Assembly (NCBI GenBank): GCA_002633005.1
Contig: NMRA01000111.1
Location: 1 to 50,960, forward strand
DNA from: Phoronis australis
Lineage: Eukaryota; Animalia; Phoronida
Length of the DNA: 50,960 bases
Direction of reading: 5' to 3'
The notes under the pieces are model-generated. The model made no database searches, was not told where the DNA came from, and saw only the letters and a program-made list of their open reading frames with translations. A program made the position numbers and the translations under genes. Positions 35,067-47,367 of the stretch are shown here, piece after piece. Each line of letters starts with the position of its first letter. Within the stretch, counting starts at the first letter, position 1.

Positions 35067-35099
35067 GAATCATTTGCCACACCGTGTGGCAAATGATTC
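35067..35099. repeat. Perfect 16-bp inverted repeat with 1-nt spacer
   Basis: gaatcatttgccacac-c-gtgtggcaaatgattc. Confidence 0.9.
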
Positions 35100-35439
35100 A
35101 ACGGTTGATTAGTCGTCACCTGTTTAGCTCATTCGAACAACAGGCGTAGCTGCGCCGAATAATCTGCTGCCACCACCACACATGTAGTATATATATCTTA
35201 TGTTTTAATAAAGGAAGAAAACTATTTTCCGTGTCATTTGTTGTTACATTGGAATTTTCTGGTTATCCTAGATAAATTTTCAACTGAAGTTAATTCCACC
35301 CTTTGTCCATTAGCCAGAATTAGGTATTGACCAAGAAATTCTTGACAGAATAAATTTTTTGGTTGTTTCATTTCTAAGTGCCACCCCTGAAGCGTTTTAG
35401 CTGGGTTGTAATCTTGACACCATCGAGCATTTTTAAGCA

Positions 35440-35800
35440 TGGGCCGCCATTATGGATTCTGGTTTTTAGTTGCTTATAACTTCCTCGCCAAACACTGCAT
35501 TCAGATTATTTTAATGAAGCAAGTCTGTTGGTAGATACATCGAAAATTTTGATAAATTATATACATCGAGACATCATTTATTGAAAATTCTACTTGTGCT
35601 TATAGTTGCGGTATCAGGCACTATTTGCAAAAAGTATTGAAATAACTTTACAGGTTGATGCAGGATAAATTTACACAATTTACACAAATATTGAACCCCG
35701 TTATTTAAAATTCTGTTTCTGCCTATGACTTACTTACAGGGCACTACATATAGATTCTTTTCAATATTTGCACCCATGTTTTTGTGATCAATGAACATAA
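35440..35800. repeat. Fragment of the 21231-21840 repeat family
   Basis: ggccgccattat, aaaattctacttgtgcttatag..g.ggta.ca.gcac, aatatttg.acc.atgtt. Confidence 0.55.
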
Positions 35801-38782
35801 CGAAATAGGTTTGCATGTGAGTGCATGAATTTGCCTTACAGAGTGACGACCAAGAGTAGTTTGGCTCAACGTCGGTCCGGATTACATGACTTGATTTGAT
35901 TAAGTTGAGACACTTTTGCGTGAATGCACCACTCTGAAAGAAGATCTCAAATCATTTTCAGAGGTGTGCTCAGGTATAGATAATCATCTTACTCTCAACG
36001 AAGTCACTAAGACCATAGCCTACACCTAATTTACATAAAGCTTCACAAGTACAGCATCAAGCATAACAAACTTCAAAGACTTGTTTGGAAAATTTCCAAA
36101 GTCATCAACTGATAAAAAAAAACCTGACATGTTTAAAACGTCACTATCTTTTTCATCAGTTTAGCAAACATTTGTCGAAAAGTGGCCCTCGAACGATACT
36201 TGTCACGAAGACCTATGCAGCTAAAATCCCGTGTTCGCAGATCACGTAGGTTATGACTGACGTGCATACGGCCAATTACACTGCTCAATGTGCCATCGTC
36301 ACAAGTGACTAGGCTGGTGTATCTCAGGGTTGGAATTTGAATTTTAAGCTGCTTATCATGTTTAACTGGCTAAAAGCAAAAATAGTATTAGTTGGTGTTT
36401 TACTGTCATAAACATCTCTCATGTTCCTTACCCGGGGTTCTACTTCCGTGCTAACATGAAAATGGAACATATATACTTCCCTGTGACTTGTGTTAGTAAG
36501 GAGAATATGAGATCGATGTTTTGTGAGTAAAAGGGCTTATTGAATATTTTGTTTTTGGCCAGCTATACAGGGCGAAATGCAAATTTAATCTCTCAAGCAC
36601 ATTTTTTTTTGTTTATAATGTTTGCCGAAACTTGCATCAAACCAAAAAGTTAAAAAGTTTTCAAAGGTTTATAACAAACTGAATTCGATCCCTGATAACA
36701 ATTCGTGTGATGTGTGTCGCCAGAGAGCGACCGCGTGACTCATTTCCCCTTCGTCCTATTCAATCGTTCCACATTGCACCGGGTGAGTGAAGCTCGGACG
36801 TCCCGGTCTTCTAGTGACAACACATTCTCATCTGTTGGTATTTAATCCTTTACTTAACGCCGTTGTCATATTATAAACAATGCAATTCATTCAAGTCAAT
36901 TGTGAAAGTAGACTAGTAAAATCTTCGTGACCGTCTCTTCGACATTTTTGTCTAATATAAGTGCAACACATTCCCTTTGCTGTTTATGAACAGTAGCATG
37001 CCTGGAGGCATTTCATTGATGCATTTTCAACGAACCAAGAAAACCTTACGACTCCATATGCATGTCACATAGTTGCCAAAATTCGAAAGAGGAAAACTGA
37101 AACAGTGGTATATCCAAATATAAATCAGGAATGCAAGGGTGAAACACTTGAAAACGCTACAAGTAACAACGTTTTTGATTCTTCTACTCGAACGAGGAAA
37201 TGATAAAGTTTATATTCATCTTAACCTCAGTTGGTGGTCTTTGTAAACTTCTTGCACTATGTGGACAATGTGGTTTACGTCATGAACTTGAATATCAAGA
37301 CACTGCTTTGTGTTTTAAAATTGAAATGTTTGATAATTCTGTATAACCTAACTTTTATGAATATGGTGAGCCTATAAAAATTATGGATTCGGTTGGGAAA
37401 TGATCTTGCACTGCAACAAGTGCCAAAAATTTGAAAATGCCCATCATGTATATCCCTTTAGTTTTATATTGAGTTATCCCATAACGGCTACATTTACTCA
37501 ACCTACAAAGATTTGTTGTTTTCTCGTGTACAGCTTTATATATTTAAGAAAAACGACTGAAATTGACTCTTTAACTGCTAAAATGTGATGGGGATTGTAT
37601 TCGGGAAAACTTATTAGACATTAAACGGCAAAGTAGGCCTACATTAGATGATTTTCAAAATCTTTTGAAATTGAATTTCGGCGAATGTTGACGAAGTTTG
37701 AGGAAACTTGGCTAATTCTTTGGCCGAGGACCGGCGACCGGACTGGGAGAGGCGATGTTCAGGCATGACAAGGAGGGAATCGAAAATTACTACAATCGGA
37801 TGCTGGGCTATAGGACCAATTAGAAATTATAGGCGACTGCATGGGTGGGTAGGGGCGAAACCGGTTTGACGTCTTGGTGGCGACAGAGATTGATAACTTG
37901 CCGAATAAGTTTGTGCCACTGACACCCTAATAATTTTAACCCTGACTGGAATGCTCTGCTGCTCACTGCTGGACTGAGAACTGGATTTAAAAACGAACAC
38001 TAAGGCAGTAACTTTCAAAAGTTTTATATAAGATCAGTCAGTGGGAATGTCCAGAATTTTTGGAAGGGGAGGTCCAATCTTGAGCGCAGCCTATGGTTCT
38101 AGTTATCATAGACATCTGTCTATGATAGTTATCGTTAATCCTCTACCTGTGCTAACTAAACCAAAGAAATCACATCATGTCACCGACGGCGGGAATGTTC
38201 GGTTCTCTCTTTATCGGATGCTATATACCGGAAGGGCCCCCACTGCGGACACGTCCTCAACGGACTAGCACGTTCTCAAAAGCGGCGACGTACCAAACTT
38301 TAACACTGAAAAATGACCGGAGTCATTATCAACATTAAAAAAAAACGGTCCCGGTCATTTTTACACGGTCGGAGGTCAAAATTTAGTCACTGGCGGCGTT
38401 TCATTAGTGGCTAGTGCGACTCTACATAATCCTGAAGCTTGCCGAAGCTTGTCAAATTTAATTTGTCGATGAAAAGTAGACATGTTTGTTGAAAAAAAAT
38501 TGTAAAAAACATGAAATCTTGTTTATTTTAAATAAAATAATTGAAACCAATCTCATCATGAATTACTTGAAAGCTGTCACAGTAAAATCATTTCCAACAC
38601 TGCAATTAAGGACCAACCACTGAGATAGTGACTAACAGTTCTCCAATTTTGGAATACTAAATAAATTTCCACAAAAGGTGACATGGCAGCTCCCTAAAAA
38701 GGTACCTGATTTACGGTGTCTATTTTCCAAGTGCGCTCATGATGTGAAAGTGCATTGAGAAACTTGTTCTAGCAGCCGGCAG

Positions 38783-38850
38783 AGGTCACCTTTTTCCAAT
38801 CAGGTTTGGACTTACGTCCCCTTTGTTAATGACGTCAAAGCAAAATGGTT
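38783..38850 (+). promoter_or_regulatory. Putative proximal promoter of the NCOR-like gene
   Basis: AGGTCA half-site 38783-38788, CCAATCA 38796-38802, TGACGTCA 38830-38837, YY1-like CAAAATGG 38841-38848. Confidence 0.45.
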
Positions 38851-38866
38851 GACATTGTCGAAGAAG

Positions 38867-38892
38867 ATGTCTAGTAGACCTCCAAATGATAG
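38867..38892 (+). CDS. NCOR1: NCOR-like candidate first coding exon
   Basis: AAGATG start after CCAAT and CRE motifs; AG|GTAATT donor, phase 2 matches the exon at 48446. Confidence 0.55.
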
Positions 38893-41800
38893 GTAATTTG
38901 TTACCTTTCTAGTTGGCTATATTGCATCTAACGTGGTGATATTGTCTCTGTACTTAATAAGAATCATTTGAACAACAGTTCTGTGATCGTCAGTGTAAGC
39001 CTGCTTTTGAAAATGGGTGCCAATAAACTAAACATTGGTGCTAGGAAGTAGGAACCACAGGCTGGCACAGGCACAGGCGTCCTTAGTTAGGCAATGACCA
39101 TCGCCTCTGTTGGCCCGAACCAGAGGCGATGCAGCTCCTATAGGCGCTCTGTACGCTGGAAGCTTTTCAGCAAATTATGCCTCGCACCGACTAAATCATC
39201 AAAGTCACGTTGTTATAAATACCTTTTGCGCATAGAGGAACACCTTAGGTAGGGAGAACAGCATTTTTCAAAAATTTTAGAAAATGTGCATGTAATATAC
39301 ATCACAAGAAAGCTCTCTACAAGACTAAAAGACCGGTGCAAAAATTTTTAAAATCGGACTTACGGTTCCGGAGAAAATGGTGTTTTTGTGTCAAATGTTT
39401 TGGTAAAAATTCTGTCAAATCAAATTTGTGAGTTTGAAATATAATGGTTACAAATCTACGTAACCTAGACAGACATGTTATACATCATTTCAAAGAAAAT
39501 TTTATGATGAATAATTTGCAAAAAAGAACATTCCGATTGGACATTCCTGTGCGAAGATATTGACCTTAAAGTCAACAAAGTCGACGAAGAAAAGTCATTA
39601 CGTTCAATTTTGNCTTTGAGCAGTCCCTATTTCAGTTCCCAAAATCGTGAACTCACCATTTTTATACTGCGCACGCTCCAATTTTTACCGCGCTCGCTAG
39701 GTGATGTGACTTCATGACCTCAATCTTTAAATAGGCTAAAGGTGAGCCACTGCGGTCTTGTCAGTCAAATGTTCCTTTCCAAAATGCCACAACTTATACT
39801 TGTCTTTAATTGGCGTTACTTGAAACTGTTTGTATTTCAATGAATTATTGTTTGTATTTGATAAAAATAAATGCTGTTGATATGACATTTAATAGTCTTT
39901 GTGCACATATTTGACATTTTAATGTTTAACAACACGGCAAATGCACAGCTGGTTCCCGGCAGCACGTACGCAAAGGGCGGGAACTTCAGCTTTCAAAGTT
40001 CGCCGGTAGGACCGCAACTTCTGACCTTCGGAGTGCGCCGAGTGAAAATGTTGAGTTCACGATTTTGGGAACTGAAATAGGGACTGCTCGAAGAAAAAGT
40101 TTGATAATGGGAGTATTTGTTCGACTTGGAAGGAATTAAACACATCGACAACCTCCTAAGGTGTTCCTCTATGCGCAAAAGGTATTTATAACAACGTGAC
40201 TTTGATGGTTTAGTCGGTGCGAGGCATAATTTGCCGAAAAGCTTCCGGCGTACAGAGCGCCTATAGGAGCTGCATCGCCTCTGGTTCGGGCCAACAGAGG
40301 CGATGGTCATTGCCTAAGACGTCCTCAGCTTCTGATCGTCCCCAATACACTACATATAATACTATAAGGTATGACACTCCCGACTAGAAATTCCACGGGT
40401 GCTTCACTTCAGCCCTCCATAGCTAACATAAAACTCAATAAATTTACACAAAACAAGGTTTCAACAAACCATTGGATAGCATGGTTCATCAATGGCGTCT
40501 GCATACGGTATTAATGGTAATGGTGTCAAATACGGCACCCAGCGTATTTCTGTTTTTCCTTATAAATACATGTGTGGGTCGAAGATATGAAATTTTTTCT
40601 ATCTTGCAGTGTTAATACTTCTCCCAACTTCCAACATGCAGTCGTAATATCAACAAATTTTTCGAACTCGATGAACTTGCAGAGAGGCCATGTTTGAATG
40701 TGGTTGTATTATTGCGCCACCTGTGGATGACAACTATGTCGTGTACATGTAAAGGAAATCTCAATCACAGTATTTTTTTATTGGCAATATTATCCGCCAG
40801 CACTGCACACTTTTGCAGAGGTAATTCAAATTAAGAAGAATCATCTATTGTGGATAGTAATGATCTTTATATACCTCCTAACTAGCTTATTTAAAGTGCG
40901 TGGTCGTATGGTAAAAAATTATCCGTCGGGACCACGCCTTCTCCAAGGCCCTTAAAGCACGTGGTCGTTTGGAGGAAAAATGTCTGCCCGACCACAAGCG
41001 ATCTGAGACTTGAGCAAAATCGCATCGGGTGGGTACCGTTTAAAAATTAAAGCCTCTACTAGACTCTCTGAGTCAATTGAAGTATGTTGTCGTCTGGTAA
41101 AAAATTGTACGTTGGGACCACGCCTTCTCCAAGGCCCTTAAAGCGCGTGGTCGTTTGGAGGAAAAATGTCCGCCCGACCACAAGCGATCTGAGACTTGAG
41201 CAAAATTGCATCGGGTCGGTACCGACAAAAAATTAAAGCCTCTACTAGGCTCTCTGAGTCAATTAAAGTACGTGGTCGTCTGGTAAAAACTTGTACGTCG
41301 GGACCACGCCTTCTCCAAGGCCCTTAAAGCGCGTGGTTGTTGGAGGAAAAATGTCCGCCCGACCACAAGCGATCTGAGACTTGAGCAAAATCGCATCGGG
41401 TCGGTACCGACAAAAAATTTAAGCCTCTACTAGACTCTCTGAGTCAATTAAAGTACATGGTCATCTGGTAAAAAATTCTACGTCGGGACCACGCCTTCTC
41501 CAAGGCATTAGCATGAAATCCAAACAAAGCCGTTTAATAACAAGCGTGTTGTTTTCGGTATACTTACACAAATCAAGAGCATCTATTAACCGATGCATCG
41601 TTTACTTTTTGAATTTAAAAGAATAAAAATTACACCTGAGCCATAGCGGATCCATGATTTTGAGTTAGGGGGGCCAGGGAAGAGTATTAGTGAGGATTTT
41701 GCCCGTCAGACATTCGCACCATCGAACTGCGAAATGAAATGTGGAAGAGTTTTATGGGGGGGGGGGGCATTATCTCTTGGCCCCTTACCTCTAAATCCGT

Positions 41801-44800
41801 CACCGAGTCCAAGACAGGTAATAGGTTCATGGCAAATGCCCTGTGGGACCTGTTTCTTTTAGTTCCTTCCCGACCTGGTGCCGGATGCAGGTCTTCCCCC
41901 TACTACAACATGTTGCGCTTTAGGCCTACCGCTCGGATGATGGCAGAGGACCTCATCGCCACGCAGGGCTGGTAGTCGGTAGAGGCCACCTAATACGGCA
42001 GGTGTTTATCTCGCGGACCACGCGGCAAGCTTGCCACACTTGCCAGCTTGTGTGAATTTAGACTATACCTATACATACCACATTTAGACTATACCTATAC
42101 ATATCACACTTTCTACGTAAATGGGCGATAATCGATATATTCTTTACCTAACTGAGCATTTCATATTTTAAATTGGTTATTACACATTTCGTTTTACAAC
42201 ATTTCCACTTGAACAACACAAACTTTTCCATAGGCAAAACACAAATTTCAATTACATATTGAAATGCTTGTGTTCTGTGTGCACCGACAAGAGATGCATT
42301 TTATAACAAGTACTGAAACACAATTCTTCATTAGAGTTTTAATTTTATAAGTAACAGCAATCACACCATGATTTCTTACTCTTATTCAACATGATAAAGT
42401 GGTAATTGCATTTCAAATGAATAACTACAAGCAGCCTAGCGTTTTTCTCAGATCGCTTGTGGTCGGGCGGACATTTTTCGTCCAAACGACGACGCGTTAT
42501 AAGTATGCCTATTTTAAAGAAGACGTCGTCCAGACAGATATTTTTTTACAGTACGACCACGCGCTTTAAACGATTAAGAGAGGGTGGTCGGGGCAGTCAG
42601 TTTTCGTCCCTACTGACCTGACACAATTTTTCTCGAGTCTCAGATCGCTTGTGGTCGGGTGGCCATTTTTCGTCCAAACGACCACGCGCTATAAGTAAGC
42701 CTATGTTAAAGAAGGCGTGGTCCCGACGGATATTGTTTTACCATACGACCACGCACTTTAAACGATTTAGAGAGGGTGGTGTGGGCTTTTAATTTTCGTC
42801 CCTATTGACCGGACACGATTTTGTTCGAGTCTCAGATCGCTTGTGGTCGGGCGGACATTTATCGTCCAAACGACCACCCACTATAAGTAGGTCTATGTTA
42901 AAGAAGACGTGATCCAGACAGATAATTTTTTACCGTACGACCATGCGCTTTAATTCTGCAGTGGCTGATCCAAGGATACTACAAGGGGGGAGGCCCAGCA
43001 TGTTGGCGCGGACAATTGGGCAAAGCGCGATTGTATGTGGACAAGCGGCTCGAGAGTTGCAGGAGCCAGGGATGTGGAGTTTCTGTCCAGGAAATCTTTT
43101 AGTGGACTTAAAAAGAGAAGAAAAAGAAAAAGAAAAGGAAAAAACAGGAACGGCACAATTTGGGGTCTCCGGGCAGCTCTCCCTCTCCAGTGGCGGATTT
43201 ACGGGGGGCGAAGGGAGCCATAGCCCCCTTTAAAATTCTACCACATAGCATTTGGGAGGTCGGGTGCGAATTGCCGAGTAGGCACATGCTCGCAACCAGG
43301 AGGGCTCCGGGGATGAGTAAACAATGCATAGGCCCTGAAAAAACCCCGTTTGCCTTATTTTTAAAAACAACAGATCTGCAAGCCCAAAATTCTAGGCTCC
43401 ATCGTCCGCACATTCTAGGCTGGGCGCGCACATCTGCCGAAATTCTCGTTAAGTTCTTGTGCGCTGGCCCCCTTCAACTCAAAATCCTGGATCCGCCCCT
43501 GCTCTCAGCCGCTGTAGGTCCTAGTTGCTGGCCGGGACTCAATTACCTCACGCTTCACGCTGTTGCTGTTTCATTTTATTTGCGGCAACCAAGGGGGCGC
43601 ATCCAAGAGAGGGTGGTCAGGGCTGAATTCTTGGCTGTAGTGACCAGAGACTATCTTAAGGTGCGTGGATTATTTTTTTTACCATACGACCACTTGCTTT
43701 AAAGGAGAATGCCACCCGATTTAATTAGTCTTTTTTGCCGTCTTAATCGGTCTATATCCACATCGCCTCGCATACGGTCGACCTTACCTTGCCAAGAGGT
43801 GTCGCGTTAACCTGTGAGGAAGGTGAGTAACGACGCTAAAGTGGTTCATATGCAGAGTGAATGCCGCTATGTTGCGGTGCTTCGTTCCCGCTTGTCCGAA
43901 CTAAGCAGCTGCGAGGAAAGCGGGTTTATCATTTTTTTTTTACTTCCTCGAAAGTCCGAAATGCTTAGGAAGTGGCTCATGGTAGTGAAGAATGAAATGT
44001 ACGCTGTAAATAGCTAGTATGAGGCCGTGAAACATCTCCGTGTCTGTGGCCTGCAGACGTCGACAGTGCCTGACGAATGCCTGCTTATCAAGTAACTCCA
44101 TACGTTCCGTTGTCTGAGCTTGTTCACGGCGCTTCTCTAGTATAAATTTCTTCATCACTATATTCCTGTTCGAATTGATAGCCTGTAAAACTTAACGATC
44201 CACCTGCGAAGTCGGGACTGATGAGCTCTAGCTCGTCCTAAGTCGCCGGGGATTGCGAGTTGCCATGTTGACGTTTATTCTGACTGAGCGTTCTGTTTCA
44301 AAATGAATTATTCTCACCCTAACCAATACTTATATAAAACTGAAACAAAGTCTGTCTCATTAGATGCAATTTGTATTGCCTTTGGAGTGTTCGTGAGTGC
44401 AAATGATTTGAGAAGCCAGCAATGAATAAATCACTGCGTTACCGGCTTTAGGTGCTATAAAACCAATTGACGGGACCCCGAGGCCGTGTGAGCTCATGCT
44501 AATTTAGTGTTTGCTGGAAGAAACTTGTGAAACAATTCGATTTCCATCCCACGGCCAGGTGTTAGGGTTCCTTTTACATTACTCAAATAATGATTGTCAA
44601 TGTACAACTTCTGCCCTGACGGTGCTGTGGCCAAAGCGGAACCTGAATTCGCGGCCCCCGACGAGTAAGTAGATTTGCAGTTTCGTGGCTAATTCACCAA
44701 CAGAATCAGGTGCACATTACTTTGACTCACTAGTATAGTATTTTCTTGACTAGAAGTTTAGTTTCCACTGGACTTTGGCTGGTTTATGTTCGTGATGTCT

Positions 44801-47321
44801 GATCAGTTTCCAAGCCACTGGCCGGGATAACGAGTCAATCCGGCCGGCCGCGACGGGCATGATTGGGCTCCGAGCCACTGGCTAGGATAACAAGCGTTTT
44901 GTGTGTAGAAATCAAAAAATCACAAGTCTAAACAACACAGATCTAGGTTCTCCTGTCGGTATCTCACTGAAAATACTTCGAAATTATCTCCGAACAGACC
45001 TTTTTAGGCTACGGTGTGTCCAAATACCAATAAATCCGTAAGAGTGAAATAAAACAACACGTTTCTATAAGAACTCAGTGTATTTTTAAGGGTTTTACAT
45101 CGAAGTTTGATGATTTATTGGTGTTAAACGATGACTTCAAGCGATAACCTGACACCAGTAACCCGTGTTGTGAACTGCTGAACAAACTGCATGTGTATCT
45201 GATGGATAATTTCAACACCTCCGTCTGCCGTCAGGTGTCAGGTAACGCAACCGTACGTGTCGTTATGGAGTAGAACTACTCGATCTAAATTGATACAAAT
45301 TACCGTAAACGTTTGGGTTAACGCCCATGCTCAGTTAACCGCCCACCCCCTACTTTAGGTGGATTTTCGATTTAACCGCCCACTGCTCGGTTAAGCGCCC
45401 CCCTGCGATTTTTGAAGATTTCCAGTTAAGCGCCCACCTCTCGGTTAAGCGTCCGTCCCCGACTTTTAAAGAATGAAGTTTTAGCGCCCAGTGCTAAGGA
45501 AACGCGCGATTCCCCGACTTTTAGAAAAAAGATTGATGATCACAATGAGCGCAACGACGCCAGGCCTTCGAGACGGTGGTTTAGCAGTGTGAATTGCAAT
45601 TATACAAGTAACGAGTTATTGTCTTGGGTCATGGACTCACTTCAAAATATAATACTTGAACGTTTTTAGTTGCAATCCAAGTAGAGGCTGCGTGGTCACT
45701 GGTCGTCTGCGCTCTCCGTTGCTAAATAACAAGACCGCAGGATGGCACGGGGCTATTACTCAGCAATTCTATAAATTTAATAGTGAATAACTAATGAGAT
45801 GACGCTATCCTCCCATTTTCAGATGGATTTGAGGAATTTTGCACCACCTAGTGGCCATTTTTCATGTTCTCAAGTTTTTTTGGTGTCCATCAACCAAATC
45901 ATTCTAAGAATGATTATGAAAATTGGTGTATATATTCTCAGTATGAAGAGGACGGTTGATGATGACGACTTGGACTACTGTGATGCTACCTGGTATCTCC
46001 TAAACCCTCTGCATGATCTCTATTAAATTTAGTAAATTTATTTATATGAAGTTGGCAACGGACGACTTTTTTGAATAGATCCACTGAATGCCGAGTCCCC
46101 TAGTGGCAATTTCATTTCTTCCATTTGCCTTTGTTTCTCTGAAGTTTCTTGACAGTTTTATGAAATTTGGTATTAAATGGCTTCCTTTTAAAGAAATAAT
46201 GGCACGTTACTGTTATGTAATGGGTTCGATGTTGTTTGCACCATCTATTGGCCTTTTTTATACAAATAAACACCCATAGAAGCACACCATTTGCAGTGCA
46301 TTCGTGGGCGCATTTAAACACTTTGTGTTGCTCTTGTTAGGGCTGTTTGTGTCCCTGGAATGATAGGGTTGTTACACAAACAAGCTAGCTATTGCAGCTA
46401 CCTTCTCTCCCTTACCCAAACTGACACAGCGTACAACATAGGTGCAGATCTAATTCTTGGGAGACATTCCTTTAGTTTTAGCCACTGCATGACTACATCT
46501 CACCAGCACAGTTTAGGCTTTTGATATTTTTGCAGTAATGTGCAGTGTCCATAAAGGGGGGTGATGTAGAGTGACACTTAAAAATAAGTCTCTTGTCTAC
46601 AAAACGAAGTTGCCTACTCTTCAGCACCAAAGGCCAAGTTGTCATTATAGCTTCCTGGCAGACATCATTTCTTTGTTTTGCTGCTCCTAACTTCTAAACC
46701 AACTGACTCCCTCCATGTGTTTTAATCAATTTTACAAACAAACATAAGAATGCAGTTATTTTGCTTGGTTAGGGTTAGGGTTAGTTTTTTATGACAGGAG
46801 AACATGGTTTGTTGCAGCTGTAAGTGAAGTCTGTAAGATGAAAGATCATATTAGCGAACTCTATTGTCTTCTTCTCAAGTTTTGCGAATGAACTTGTTGG
46901 AGAATTCTAACCAATTTGGGAACTGAACAGAAATTTTATTGTTCTCTAAATTTTCGTTATGTCCAGGTCAGCAGTCTCAACTGTGTTTTCCTCTTTGTAA
47001 GAACAAAAATGTAATACTAGCTGTTCTGCTGATTATAATTGGGTCATTAAGTCACAACTTTATTCTGTTGCTATGCATTTTGCCACTAGACTCTGCAAGT
47101 GCGTAGGCAGTTGTCTTGTGAAAATCTAGGCTCTTAACATTAGCGGCTTGTTTCAGCTAGGGTTTTTATTCCATTTTTAGTTTGTGCAGCGTATCGTTAG
47201 AGCGTGCTGAGTTCAGTTGTAACCTGGGTTTGAAATTGAGAAGTGCGATGTTCAGTTGCCTAGCAACCTTTCTGTTCAATCAGTGTAGTTAATTACTACA
47301 GCCGGAGTAGGTCTACTCAAG

Positions 47322-47367
<46 letters not shown>

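Noticed and set aside
39993-40310. 105-aa minus-strand ORF in the long-TIR element
   Set aside because: It is a translation of the TIR itself, with no DDE or other domain features.
40885-41506. CRISPR-like regularly spaced repeats
   Set aside because: Whole units repeat with no unique spacers, there are no cas genes, and the context is eukaryotic; this is a tandem array.
43160-43702. 180-aa ORF and overlapping ORFs at 42943-43431
   Set aside because: Chance GC-rich frames running through nested MITEs; no transposase motifs.
44215-44240. CTGATGAG followed by a hairpin, as a hammerhead ribozyme
   Set aside because: The required GAAA after stem II is missing (it reads CGTCC).
46767-46784. TTAGGG telomere-like run
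   Set aside because: Under three units; too short to call an interstitial telomere.
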